A program made the position numbers and the translations under genes. A model generated the notes under the pieces. That model did not search any database. It was not told the origin of the DNA and was given only the letters and a program-made list of their open reading frames with translations. A stretch of DNA of 64,000 nt from an uncultured Planctomycetota bacterium (GTDB lineage: Bacteria > Planctomycetota > Planctomycetia > Gemmatales > Gemmataceae). Shown here piece after piece: positions 1-14,041 of this stretch. Positions within the stretch are counted from its first letter, which is position 1, and every line of letters starts with the position of its first letter. The stretch lies in the NCBI GenBank assembly GCA_963849325.1, contig CAWKHF010000005.1:1056001-1120000 (forward strand). Direction: 5' to 3'.

Positions 1-896
1 CGAGGAGGGCGGCGTGGACTTCTCCTACGTCATCGGCAACGACGAGTGCCGCTTCCGCGTCAGCCTCTTCAAGCAGCGCGGCCGGCTGTCGCTGGTCGCC
101 CGCCGCGTCAACACGTCCATCCCCAGCTTCGCCGACCTCGGCCTGCCGCCGAGCATCGAGAACCTGTGCAACTTCCCCGAAGGACTGGTCATCCTCGCCG
201 GCGTCACCGGCTCCGGCAAAAGCACGACCATCGCCTCCATGCTCGACTACATCGACGAGCGCGAGCCGCTGCACATCCTCACCGTCGAGGACCCCATCGA
301 GTTCACCTTCACCGACAAGAAGTCGTACATCAACCAGCGCGAGATCGGCCTGGACGTCTGCGACTGGCACAAGGCCCTCAAGGACGCGGTGCGGCAAGAC
401 CCCGACGTGATCCTCGTCGGCGAGCTGCGCGACGTCGAGACGTTCGAGGCCGCCGTCCACGCGGCCGAGACCGGCCACTTGGTGTTCGGCACCATCCACG
501 CCTCCAGCGCCGGCCACGACCATCAACCGTATCCTCGACCTGTTCCCGCCCGGACAAGCACGGCGCCATCCGCAAGGCGCTGGCCAACAACCTCAAGGCC
601 GTCGTCGCCCAGAAGCTGCTCAAGGGCCTGAAGAAGGGCACGCGTGCCGACCAACGAGATCATGATCGTCAACCCGACCATCCGCAAGCTGATCGCCGAG
701 GGCGAGGACAGCAAGCTCAGCGACGCCATCAAGATCGTTCTACCACGAAGGCATGGTCGATTTCACCGAGAACCTGCGGCAGCTCGTCGAGCGCGGCGAC
801 ATCGACAAGGCGACCGCCCTGGAGTTCGCCCCCGACCCCGAGAAGCTCAAGATGGCCTTCAAGGGCATCAAGGTCTCCGCCCCCGGCATTCTGTAG
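1..896 (+). CDS. pilT: PilT/PilU-family type IV pilus retraction ATPase (5'-truncated by window, 2 apparent frameshifts)
   Basis: Walker A GVTGSGKST, EDPIE Asp box, RQDPDVILVGE, AETGHLV.GT.H and TIRKLIAEG; the reading frame continues through shifts near 515 and 740 to TAG at 894-896. Confidence 0.85.
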
Positions 897-919
897 GAGA
901 CCAACCGCCAAGACGCCGA

Positions 920-1018
920 GAGCCACTAACCAAATGGCGAACGGCCGGCGTAAGCCGGCTGGTTTGTGGCCCCCACCAGCCGGCTTACGCCGGCCGTTCG
1001 CCATTTGGTTAGTGGCTC
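920..1018. repeat. Perfect palindrome with 44-bp arms (REP-like)
   Basis: GAGCCACTAACCAAATGGCGAACGGCCGGCGTAAGCCGGCTGGT (920-963) and its exact reverse complement (975-1018). Confidence 0.95.
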
Positions 1019-1074
1019 CAAGGACGCCAAGGGAAGAGAGAGAAAAGAGAGATAGAGAAAGAAGGAATTCGGCC

Positions 1075-2896
1075 ATGCGTGCGGGGACTCATTGCCTTCT
1101 GGCTTCTCTGGCGCCCTTGGCGTCCTGGCGGTGAATCCTCTTTTCGCCGCCGACACGACGTTCCCGCGCGGCCCGGGCCTCTACTTCCACCCCGCCAAGC
1201 TGCTCGTCTTGCTCCTTCGTCTACCTCGCCTGGGTGCGAACCTGCTGGTGGGTGGATCAGGATTGCGAGGAGCTGAAGCTGCCGGCGAGACGTGGAACCC
1301 GGTCCTGCTGATCTGCGGGGTGGCCGGCCTGCTGCTGGTCTGGCTGCTGCCGTGGTTCTGGCTCGGCTTCTTCGTCCTCCTCGTGCTCTACCTGGCGCCG
1401 ACCTTGGCTTACGTCAGCATTCGCAACGAGAAGGCGACGCCGGACCAGCGCGTCCTGACGCCGCCGCACCTGCGGAAACTGGTCCGCCGCTGGCTGCGCC
1501 TCGATTTGGCCGAACCGCAAGGGCCGAGCGAACGGCACATCCCCATCCGCTTCGTCGGCAAAAGCTCCAGCGGCGAACGGGAGGACGACCGCCGTATCGC
1601 CCGGCTGCAAGACACCAAGGGCTATCGCGCCGCCCTGGAGATGATCCACGAGGCTCTGCAAAGGCGGGCCACCGACATCCACCTGGAACCGACCAAGAAC
1701 GAGATGATCGTCCGCTTCCGCATCGACGGCATCCTCGAACCGACGACGCCCTTCAGCCGGGCCACGGGCGACTCGGTCGTCAACATCTTCAAAGTGCTGG
1801 CCGACCTGGACATCACCGAGAAACGCAAGCCGCAGGACGGCAGTTTTTCCGCCGAGGTGGCCGGCTCGATCGGCCTGACGCCGCCCGCCAAACCCCGCGA
1901 CGAAGAGGGCGACGGCGAGGGAGACGAGGACGCCGAGGAGCCGGCCGCCGCCTCGAATGCGGTTCGGCAGATCGATTTCCGCGTGGCCACCGCCGGCAGC
2001 GTGGTCGGCGAAAAGATGGTCATGCGCATCCTCGATCCGAAGCCGGCAGGTGGCCAGCCTGACGCACATCGGCATGCGCGAGCAGCTACGCAAACAGGTC
2101 CGCGGCATCGTCACCCAGCCGCACGGCCTGTTCATCGTCTGCGGCCCGACCGGCGCCGGCAAGAGCACCACCCTGTACGCCTGCCTGTCCGAGATCGACC
2201 GCTATCAGAAGAACGTCATCACCATCGAAAACCCGGTCGAGTACCACATCGACAACGTGACGCAGATCGAGGTCAATCCCAAGGCCGGCAAGACCTTCGC
2301 CTCGGAGCTGCGCAGCATCCTGCGCCAAGACCCCGACGTGATCTACATCGGCGAGATCCGCGACCAGGAGACGGCGGAGATCGCCTGCCAGGCGGCCCAG
2401 ACCGGCCACATGGTCTTCACCACGCTGCACGCCAACGACACCGTGACGGCCCTGGCCCGCCTCATCGACCTGGGCGTGCAGCCGTTCATGGTCGCCAACG
2501 CCGTCACCGCCGTCCTCGGTCAGCGCCTGGTCCGCGTGCTCTGTCCGCAGTGCAAGACAGCGTTACAAGCCCAACGCCGAGCTGCTGCGCAAGGCCAACC
2601 TGCCCGCCGACAAGATCAAGTTCTTCTACCGTCCGCCGGAGAAGAACCCGGAAGAGGACATCGTCACCGTGCCCGTACTGCGGCGGCACCGGCTACCGCG
2701 GCCGCACCGGCGTCTTCGAGCTGCTGGTCCTGACCGACAACCTCAAGCGAGATGATCAAGCGAAAACCCCAACTTCAACGCCATCAAGCAGGAGGCGGTC
2801 AAAAGCGGCATGAAGTATCTCCAGGAAGACGGCCTGCGGCAGGTGATCGAGGGGCAAACCTCGATCCAGGAGTTGCTGCGCGTGTGCAGCAAATAA
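1075..2896 (+). CDS. PilB/GspE-family secretion ATPase with N-terminal TM segments (several frameshifts)
   Basis: ATDIHLEP, VRFRIDG, RKPQDG, GPTGAGKSTT, LRQDPDVIYIGEIRD, QRLVR.LCPQC...CPYC, GYRGRTGVFELL; TAA at 2894-2896; start position uncertain. Confidence 0.85.
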
Positions 2897-2897
2897 C

Positions 2898-2977
2898 CAG
2901 TTCTGAGTTCTGAGTTCTGAGTTCTGAGTGAAAACAGAACTCAGAACTCAGAACTCAGAACTCAGAACTCAGAACTG
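2898..2977. repeat. Inverted heptamer tandem array (TTCTGAG)n / (CTCAGAA)n
   Basis: About 4 TTCTGAG units followed by about 6 CTCAGAA units, able to fold as a long hairpin. Confidence 0.9.
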
Positions 2978-2985
2978 AGAGAGAT

Positions 2986-3582
2986 ATGCCGCTCGGTTTT
3001 TTCACGGTGCTGATTATGCTGGGCGTTGCCTACGCCTTCTGGCGCCAGGGCGTGCTGGCAGCCTTCGTCATGGCGGTCAACGTGTTCCTGGCCGGCCTGG
3101 TGGCGTTCAATTTCTTCGAGCCGATCGCCGCCGAGCTGGACCCGATGCTGGAGGGTTCGTTCTTGCAGCCCTACGTGGACAGTCTCTGTCTCATCGTGCT
3201 GTTCTGCCTGCCGCTGAGCTTTCTGCGCTGGGCCACCAACGCCCTGATGCATTCGACCCTCGAATATCACCGAGTCGTCCAGCAGGGAGGCGCCATTCTG
3301 TTCGGCCTGCTGACCGGCTATCTCGTGGCGGGTTTTCTGTTGTGCGTGATGCAGACGATGCCGCTGAGCGAGCATTTCATGCAGTTCGACGCACGGATCG
3401 ATAGCAGTTCGGCGGGGGCCAAGGTCCGGCGGGTGATGCCGCCGGATCGGATGTGGCTGGCTCTGATGCACCGGGCGAGCGAAACGTCCCTGGCGTGGGA
3501 CGCGGACGCTCCCTTCGATCCCGACGGCAGCTTCGAGCTGCGCTACAGCCGCGAACGCCGCACCCCAGACGAAACGAAATAA
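2986..3582 (+). CDS. CvpA-like membrane protein
   Basis: 198-aa ORF with about 4 hydrophobic helices and a GG.LFGLLTG motif. Confidence 0.6.
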   Translation: MPLGFFTVLIMLGVAYAFWRQGVLAAFVMAVNVFLAGLVAFNFFEPIAAELDPMLEGSFLQPYVDSLCLIVLFCLPLSFLRWATNALMHSTLEYHRVVQQGGAILFGLLTGYLVAGFLLCVMQTMPLSEHFMQFDARIDSSSAGAKVRRVMPPDRMWLALMHRASETSLAWDADAPFDPDGSFELRYSRERRTPDETK

Positions 3583-3591
3583 CCGCTAACT

Positions 3592-3661
3592 CTCGTTTAG
3601 CCGCGACGCGCAGCGGAGCGCGGTTGCTCCCGCGCTCCGCTGCGCGTCGCGGCTAAACGAG
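3592..3661. repeat. REP-like palindrome, family B (TTAGCCGCGACGCGCAGCGGAGCG); may act as a bidirectional terminator
   Basis: Perfect inverted repeat between convergent genes; near-identical copies at 8371 and 11945. Confidence 0.9.
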
Positions 3662-3677
3662 GATTTCGATTTGACGG

Positions 3678-4523
3678 TTACTCGAAGGTCAGGAAGCGTT
3701 CGACGGCGCGGGCGACGCGATCGGGTTGGGTCACGAAAGCGAGGTGCCCGCAACCCGGCAGGTCAACCCGCTGCGAACCGTCGATGCCGTGAGCCAGGTC
3801 CGCCAGGCTGTGCGGGGAGGCCAGCAGGTCGCGGTCGCCGGCCATCAGCAGCGTCGGAACGCGAACGTCGTGCAGGCGCGGCCCCGGATCGAACGATTCG
3901 ACCAGCTGGAAGCGATGCGTCATCACGCTCTGGTCCGTCTGCCAGCACTGCCGCGTGACGAACTCGAAGAGCGGGCCAGGCCGCTGACGCGAGCCGAAGA
4001 GCAGATTGAAGAACTGATTGACGAACGGGCTGTCCGAGGGCAGGGGATAACGAGACAGCACCCAGCCGGCTACCTGCTGGAGCAGGCCACGCTCGAAACG
4101 CGCCCCTACCCCTTGCGTCACCAGCGCCTGCAATCGGTGCGGCCAACGCATCGCCAACTCCAGGGCCAGGACGCCGCCAAAGGAAACGCCGAGGATCGGC
4201 GGCCGTTCCAATCCGAACCAGTCGAGGAACTCGCGCAAGTCCTCGACGAGATCCAGCAACTCAAAACGCCGGCGCAGGGCGAAAAAATCGTCCTCGCCGC
4301 GGAGCTGGTAACTGATGACCTGGAAGTTGCGGGACAGCAGACGAGCCAGCGGGCCAAGCAACTCGAAGCCGCCCGCCAGACCTGGAACGAGTACGAGAGG
4401 TCGTCCTTCGCCCCAAACACTATATCGAGCCGTGTAATATTTCAGATGGGCCAAACCCGAGCGGCCGACCCCGGGACTGAATTCCGCACCACTGCCGCTG
4501 ACCCACTCCAGAGATGCCTGCAC
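3678..4523 (-). CDS. Alpha/beta fold hydrolase
   Basis: LVLVPGLAGG, GVSFGG nucleophile elbow, GDRD and GCGH; GTG start with a purine-rich RBS. Confidence 0.85.
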   Translation of the reverse strand: MQASLEWVSGSGAEFSPGVGRSGLAHLKYYTARYSVWGEGRPLVLVPGLAGGFELLGPLARLLSRNFQVISYQLRGEDDFFALRRRFELLDLVEDLREFLDWFGLERPPILGVSFGGVLALELAMRWPHRLQALVTQGVGARFERGLLQQVAGWVLSRYPLPSDSPFVNQFFNLLFGSRQRPGPLFEFVTRQCWQTDQSVMTHRFQLVESFDPGPRLHDVRVPTLLMAGDRDLLASPHSLADLAHGIDGSQRVDLPGCGHLAFVTQPDRVARAVERFLTFE

Positions 4524-4602
4524 GCTTCTTCTCCCCTCTCAGTTCATACCTGACACGCGCGATGAGCTTGCCTCGGATTGTTCCGTGGGACAACACTCCC
4601 TG

Positions 4603-4618
4603 AGCACGACTCATACCA
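4603..4618 (-). promoter_or_regulatory. Putative sigma54 -24/-12 promoter for the hydrolase
   Basis: Minus strand TGGTAT-GAGTC-GTGCT (GG-N10-GC), about 80 bp upstream of the GTG and adjacent to a bEBP gene. Confidence 0.5.
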
Positions 4619-5113
4619 AAGAGAGACAGCCCGAACCATCCCGTTTCACACATCGCTTGAATGACATAACAACCTGAGGATAACGCCCTTACAGAGATCA
4701 ATGAGAGAAGACGAGTATCAATTCTTTCTCGGCGCTGACGACTTTTCGTCAGCGTTCGGCGCATTTCGGCGCTGATCGACGTTTTTTCGGCGCGAGGTTG
4801 GAAGCCTGGAAAAAATGGGGGATATGGCTGTTTGCTTGGGATTAACGAAGCTTTTTCGCTTTACACGACAGATGGAAAGAATCTCAGCCTGACTGGCAAA
4901 CCGGGCGAGTCTTTGGGCGGAGTACGAGGAGACCGTTGACCCGACGTTATGGACCAAGTAGAGTGAGGAGATTAAGGGTGGTTCCCATTTTATGGTTTTG
5001 ACGTGGAGGAATGGACCGAAGCGGAAAAGTGCATGGAGCCAAAGGGTTAGGAATGGCGCCGAACTTTCGGCGCCTTTCGTCAGCGTTCCCGTCAACCGGA
5101 TCAGGGGTAGGAG

Positions 5114-8353
<3,240 letters not shown>

Positions 8354-8370
8354 GGTGTTCCAATCAATTC

Positions 8371-8435
8371 GTTTAGCCGCGACGCGCAGCGGAGCGCGGG
8401 ATGCTCCCGCGCTCCGCTGCGCGTCGCGGCTAAAC
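8371..8435. repeat. REP-like palindrome, family B
   Basis: Inverted repeat with the same arm as 3592, between convergent genes. Confidence 0.9.
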
Positions 8436-8443
8436 ACGGAACC

Positions 8444-9820
8444 TCACTTGGCGGCGAGAGAGACGCAGACGATCTCCTTGTCGTTGCGCGCGTACATCGA
8501 CTTGTGCGCGAAGGCCGGGTGAGACCAGACGACCTTGCGGTCTCCGATTGGCCCCGTCGGCTCCAGGATGTGAGCGCGGTCGATCGCTTCGTAACCTTTC
8601 GGCGTGAGGCGAGCGATGAGGAGATCGCCCTTCTCGTTGGGCAGAAAGAAACGATCGCCCTGCGCGATCAGGAAAGCGTTGGCCCAGCGCACGCTCTCGT
8701 CGGGGACTTCGGTAGCCTGGAGCGTCATCCAGACGCGCTTGCCGTCTTCGGCGTGCAGGCAGCGCAGCTCGCCGTAACTGCACACGCCGTAGATGTAGCC
8801 GTCCTTGAAGAAGGGCGTGGGAATGATGCTGTTGAGCGTGTCGGTTCGATCCGGTTGCTCGCTCTGCACGCGGCTGCGCCACAGGACGCGGGCGGCCGGC
8901 TTGTCGGCGGGAGGGAGTTGGAGCATCATCGCGCCGTTGTAGAAGGAAGTCACGAACAGCCGATCGCCTTCCAGGCGAGGCGTTGCGATGGTCAGGTTGG
9001 CGTTGGCGCGGAACGGCTGCGACCAGTACAGTTCGCCCGTCTCCGGATTCAGACCGTTGACGGACTCGGGGTGCCAGATGATGAGCTGGCGCTTGCCGCC
9101 AACCTCGTAGATCATCGGCGGACAGTAACCCACCTCGGTGTTCGGCTTCTGAAACGACAGGGCGTGCCATTTTTCCTGGCCGGTGTTCTTGTCGAAGGCG
9201 ACGACGATGTGGTCCTTGCCGCCGACGAGGCAGATGAGCTTGTCGCCGTCGAGCAGCGGATGGGCGGCGAAACCCCACTGCGGCACGGGCGCCTGGTAAT
9301 CCTTGACGAAGTTTTTCGACCACACTACCTTGCCGCCGGCCGCGTCGAGGCAGAAGAGGTGCCCCATCGCGCCAAGAGTAAAGACCTTGCCGTCGTGGAC
9401 GACCGGCGTGGTTCGCGGCCCACAAGGATAAGAGATGCGATAGAGGCAATCGTACTCGTGGCTCCAGAGAATCTTCCCGGAGGCGTCATCGAGACAGAGG
9501 ACACGTTCCTTGCCGGGGACCGCCTTGCGGGCGAAGGGGTCGCCGGGGTTCTGGACGCCTTCCGGCAGGATGCGGTCGGTGACGTAGACGCGATCCTTGA
9601 CGACGGCGGGACCGGCATAGCCGCCGCCAATGGGCGTGCGCCAACGGACCTTGGGACCGCCGGACGGGAAGCGCTCGAGGATGCCCGTCTCGCGCCAGAC
9701 ACCGTCGCGCTTCGGCCCCAACCACTGCGGCCAGTCATCGGCCCGGACGAGAAGCGGCGGACTCAGAAGCGTGGTCAGGATCAGCAAGGGAAGGCCGAGA
9801 CGGACTGGCATGGAGCGCAT
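8444..9820 (-). CDS. Secreted PQQ-like beta-propeller repeat protein (planctomycete type)
   Basis: Signal peptide followed by DWPQWLGP.RDG, GYAGP.V, repeated CLDA..GK..W and a C-terminal WSHPA motif. Confidence 0.85.
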   Translation of the reverse strand: MRSMPVRLGLPLLILTTLLSPPLLVRADDWPQWLGPKRDGVWRETGILERFPSGGPKVRWRTPIGGGYAGPAVVKDRVYVTDRILPEGVQNPGDPFARKAVPGKERVLCLDDASGKILWSHEYDCLYRISYPCGPRTTPVVHDGKVFTLGAMGHLFCLDAAGGKVVWSKNFVKDYQAPVPQWGFAAHPLLDGDKLICLVGGKDHIVVAFDKNTGQEKWHALSFQKPNTEVGYCPPMIYEVGGKRQLIIWHPESVNGLNPETGELYWSQPFRANANLTIATPRLEGDRLFVTSFYNGAMMLQLPPADKPAARVLWRSRVQSEQPDRTDTLNSIIPTPFFKDGYIYGVCSYGELRCLHAEDGKRVWMTLQATEVPDESVRWANAFLIAQGDRFFLPNEKGDLLIARLTPKGYEAIDRAHILEPTGPIGDRKVVWSHPAFAHKSMYARNDKEIVCVSLAAK

Positions 9821-10036
9821 GTGCTTCCTCTCTTCACGAAGGGGACGTTGCCCAAGCCGCTTGCGGCTCGGACTACCGACTCTGATTGTACGACGTGCCG
9901 CCCTACGCGCGTATTCAGACCCCACCTCCCGCCGGCTGCCTCGTTTCCTACTGGCAATCGACTCGCCGACGTGATACCTTCAGAACAGATGCCCACGCCC
10001 CCTGTTTTCACCCCGTGGTCTCGGATAATTCGACCC

Positions 10037-11387
10037 ATGGAAGATCGTCAACAGCGCTGCTCGCGTCGCAAGTTCCTCGCCTCGGCGGCGGCCCTCACCC
10101 TGGCGGGCGGCGTCTCCGCCCGCGAAGCGCCCGAGGGATCGCTGCCGCTGTCGCGCACCCGGCCGGGCAAGCCCTCCACCAAGGGCCGTAAACCGCTCGC
10201 CGTCCTGTCCACGGTGTATCGACCGCTGTCGCACGCCTACCACATCGGCGGACGCTTCCTGCACGGCTACGCACGCGGCGGACAACTGCACGTGCCGCAC
10301 CACTACGTCCACTCCCTCTACGTCGATCAGACGCCGGACAACGACCTGTCGCGCGACGTCGCCCGCGATTTCGGCGTCCGCGTCACGCGCCGCGCCGGCG
10401 CCGACCGCGTGCGGCCGGTCGCCGAGGCGCTCACCGCCGGCGGCAAGCTCGCCGTCGAGGGCGTCCTCCTCGTCGCCGAGCACGGCAACTACGAACGCAA
10501 CGACAAGGGACAGATCCTCTATCCGCGCCTCGAGTTGATGCAGGAGATCGTCAACGTCTTCCGCCAGACCGGGCGGAGCGTGCCGGTCTTCAATGACAAG
10601 CACCTGTCGTACACCTTCGCCAACGCCAGGAAAATGCTCGATTGGTCGCGCGAGCTGAACTTTCCGATGATGGCCGGCTCCAGTCTGCCCGTGACCTGGC
10701 GCGGCCCGGAGCTGGAGCTGCCCCTGCGAGTCGCCCATCGAGGACGCCCTGGTGGCGGGGTATGGTCCCATCGAGGTATACGGCTTCCACGCCCTGGAGA
10801 CGCTGCAAGTCATGATGGAGCGCCGCAAGGGCGGCGAGACCGGCGTCAAGGCCGTCACCTGCCTGAGCGGCAAGGACGTGTGGAAGGCCGGCGATGCCGG
10901 GCGCTGGAGCTGGGACTTGCTCGAAGCGGCGCTGGCGCGCAGCGAGACGGTCAACCCCGGCGACATCCGCGTCAACGTCGGCAGCATGGCCGTCTACAAC
11001 TACAAGCCGACGCCCGCCCTGGCCTTCCTCCTCGAATACCGCGACGGCACGCGCGGCACGATCCTGTTGCTCAACGGCCACGTCCTCGACTTCACTTTCG
11101 CGGCCAAGCTGCGCGGCGACAACAAACCCGCCTCGTGCCTGTTCCGCCTGCCGCCGCCGCCCGGCGCGCGCTTCTTCGACGCCCAGGTGGCCAACCTCGA
11201 AAAGTTCCTCGATACCGGCAAGGCTCCCTACCCCGTCGAGCGCACCTTGCTGACCACCGGCATCCTCGACGCCGCCATGAACAGCCACCACCAGCGCGGC
11301 ACGCGCCTCGAGACACCCGAACTCGACGTGCGCTACACGGCCCCCGCGGACAGCGGCTTCCTCCGCGGCGCCGTCGCCGAGTTTTGA
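10037..11387 (+). CDS. Tat-exported conserved hypothetical protein (possibly oxidoreductase-like; frameshift near 10730)
   Basis: SRRKFL twin-arginine signal; SHAYHI, EHGNY, VFNDKHL, GSSLP, YGFHALE and PYPVERTLL blocks; strong GC3 bias. Confidence 0.7.
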
Positions 11388-11482
11388 TAGGGTTTAGGAT
11401 TTAGGGTTTAGGGTGAAGAAGGGCCGGCAGCGTCCGCCTCTTTCCCAAAACCCTCCACCCTAAACCCTAAACCCTAAACCCT
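11388..11482. repeat. Inverted heptamer array (TTTAGGG)n / (CCCTAAA)n
   Basis: TAGGGTTTAGGATTTAGGGTTTAGGG ... CCCTAAACCCTAAACCCTAAACCCT. Confidence 0.9.
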
Positions 11483-11948
11483 ATGGCTCTTCTCCGTCGT
11501 TTCCTCGTTCTCCTCGCCCTGTTCTTCTGGCAGGGCGGATTCACCTTCTACGCGGCCGTGGTCGTGCCGATCGGACAGCACGTGTTCGGCCACTTGCGCC
11601 AGGGCTTCGTCACCCGGCAAGTGACGGTTTACCTCAACCTCGCCGGGGCCGTCGCCCTGCTCATCCTCGTCTGGGATCTGTTCGCCGCGCGAGGCGGTCT
11701 CCTGGCGCCGATGGGGCCGCTGGCTGCTGTGGGGAGGGATGGTCCTGTCTCTCCTGATGCTGCACGGACTGCACGGATGGCTCGATGAGCTGCTCGATCC
11801 CGAGGGCCACATCGTCCTCGATGTCGGGACGTTTCGTCCCCGGCATCGCCTTTATCTGTGGCTCTCGACCGTGCAATGGGCATGGGGATTGCTTTTTCTC
11901 TTTCTCAGCCTGGGGACGTGGCGCACGGAAGATCAATCATCCGTTTAG
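11483..11948 (+). CDS. Small multi-pass membrane protein (frameshifted)
   Basis: Hydrophobic segments split over ORFs 11483.. and 11739..11948; WQGGFTFYA.VVVP motif. Confidence 0.6.
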
Positions 11949-11999
11949 CCGCGACGCGCAGCGGAGCGCGTGCCGCGCTCCGCTGCGCGTCGCGGCTAA
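11945..11999. repeat. REP-like palindrome, family B
   Basis: Same arm as 3592 and 8371. Confidence 0.9.
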
Positions 12000-12597
12000 T
12001 CCGGAATGTTTTGGAGGGGGAGAAAAAAAGTTCCGCCGCTGGCTCCTTCGGCGTCGCCCAGTCACCGAAGTCGTCATACGGCGGAACGCTGGTAATCGTA
12101 TCCTCCGCATCGGGAGTTGCAAGAGGAGTTTCAAAAAAAATCTGAAAAATCCATCACCCCCTCCTCCAGCGTGAAAACGACGGAAGAGCGAGACTTCCTC
12201 CGGCGGATAGCCGATACAACAGGAAGAGGGTCCGCAGCCGTTACTTTCCGTCGAGAGAAGAAGAGGAGCCGGCGAGAAAAGGAAGGAACATTGTTGAGAA
12301 AGTACCTGCTCTAACTATTCTAACTTTTCCGTGCAGGATGCCTCAGTTCAGTGAACTACCCAGATTTCGCAATCGATTCAGATTGCCAACAGATTCACTC
12401 TAAGCGCATGATAGAAGGACGTGACGAGAAGTAGTTGGGGTGAAAGACAGGACTTGGGTAGTTGAGTGAAGAGAGAGACGAGACTTCGGGACTTTCGGGG
12501 TTGCCGGTCGGGGGGGCGGTAGATATACTTCCCTCTTTTAGCCGGATGATCGGCTGAAGGTAGTGGCAGGGCAAGAGTTAGGCTTTGGATCGCCAAC

Positions 12598-13070
12598 ATG
12601 CGCTTCAACCTGATCGACCGGATCGTCGAAGTGCGGCCGGGCCAGGGTCTGCGAGCGGTGAAGAACCTGACCCTCGGCGAAGAGTACCTGGCCGACCACT
12701 TCCCGACCTTCCCGGTGATGCCCGGCGTGCTGATGCTGGAAACGCTGGTCGAGGCCGGCGCCTGGCTGTTGCGGCTGACGGACGATTTCGCCACAGCGTA
12801 ATCGTGCTGCGGGAAGCGAAGGGCGTCAAGTACGGCACCTTCATGGAGCCGGGCAAGCAGATGGCCATCTCGGTCGAGTTGATCGAACGCGGCAGCGGCC
12901 TGGCGACGTTCAAGGGCAAGGGCGAGACGGAGGGGCAGAGCACGGTGGCCGCTCGTTTGACCCTGGCTCACTACAACCTGCGCGACCGCGATCCGGCGAT
13001 GCAGGCGACCGACGAACGGCTGGTACGGCATTTGCGGGAACAATACGGATTGCTGCGGTTGTCCGCTTGA
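12598..13070 (+). CDS. fabZ: FabZ/FabA-like hot-dog dehydratase 1 (frameshift near 12790)
   Basis: LIDRI, AVKNLT..E, DHFP.FPVMPGVLMLE. Confidence 0.85.
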
Positions 13071-13089
13071 GCAAAGGACATTGACACCC

Positions 13090-13852
13090 ATGCGGCTGAA
13101 GGACCAGATCGCCCTCGTCACCGGAGGCAGCCGAGGCATCGGCCGGGGCATCGTCCAGGCGTTCGCCGCCGAGGGTGCCAAGGTCGCCGTCGTCTACCGC
13201 GGCAGCCAGCGAGGCCGCCGACCAGGTGACGACCGACATCCGCGAAAAGGGCGGCACGGCCGTGGCCATCCAGGCCGACGTCGCCGACGCCGCCTCCGTG
13301 CAGGCGTGCGTCGAGCGGGTCGAGAAGGAGCTGGGGCCGGTCAACATCCTGGTCAACAACGCCGGCGTGATCGAGGACGATCTGTTCGTCCGCATGGAGC
13401 CGGAAGCCTGGAACAAGGTGATCCAGACCAACCTGGGCGGCGTGTTCAACTTCTGTCATGAGGTCGCCTTCGGCATGATGCAGCGGCGCAGCGGGCGGAT
13501 CATCAATATCTCCAGCGTGGCGGCCGAGCACGTGAACATGGGCCAGACGAACTACGCCGCCAGCAAGGGGGCGATCAACTCCTTCACCCGCGCCCTGGCC
13601 GTCGAGTTGGCCAAGCGCGGCGTGACGGTCAACGCCATCGCTCCCGGCTTCATCGAGACGGACATGAGCGCCGCCGTCCGCAACAAGGCCGGCGACCTGA
13701 TCACCAAGCTCATCCCCATGCGCCGCATCGGCACGCCGGAGGACATCGCCCGCGTGGCGGTGTTCCTGGCCAGCGCCGACAGCGCCTACATCACCGGACA
13801 GGTGCTGACTGTGGACGGCGGCTTGACGCTGGGGGCCGTGGGGGCGGATTGA
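13090..13852 (+). CDS. fabG: 3-oxoacyl-ACP reductase (SDR; frameshift near 13210)
   Basis: TGGSRGIG, NNAG, YAASK and VNAIAPGFIETDM. Confidence 0.9.
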
Positions 13853-13890
13853 TGAATTAGCCGCTTGCGGCTTAGAGGCACGAACCGAAT

Positions 13891-13947
13891 GTGGCGGCAC
13901 GTTTGTAACGTGCCGTACAATCCAACACGTTGAAAACGTGTTGCCAC
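13891..13947. repeat. Imperfect palindromic REP-like element (GTGGCGGCACGTT... family)
   Basis: GTGGCGGCACGTTTGTAACGTG ... CACGTTGAAAACGTGTTGCCAC. Confidence 0.6.
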
Positions 13948-14041
13948 ATTTTGGTAGAGCCTCTTAGCGAGGGCCGATGGCCCGAATCGTGGAAACGGTA
14001 GTTTGCTTCGCTGTCTCTAATCTTGTGGGAGGTTTGCTCCA

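Noticed and set aside
8504-10036. Long alternative-frame and antisense ORFs (e.g. 8504.., 5665..7878, 37731..39308, 42294..43805)
   Set aside because: Shadow ORFs of high-GC genes, Arg/Pro/Ala-rich and without motifs.
11388-11482. Eukaryotic telomere contamination or HGT
   Set aside because: Only a few imperfect units between bacterial genes, with the same layout as other local heptamer arrays.
12000-12597. About 600-bp lower-GC gap upstream of the FAS/PKS cluster as an ncRNA or sigma54 promoter
   Set aside because: No convincing -24/-12 site, structure or coding signal by eye; likely promoter DNA but not supportable.
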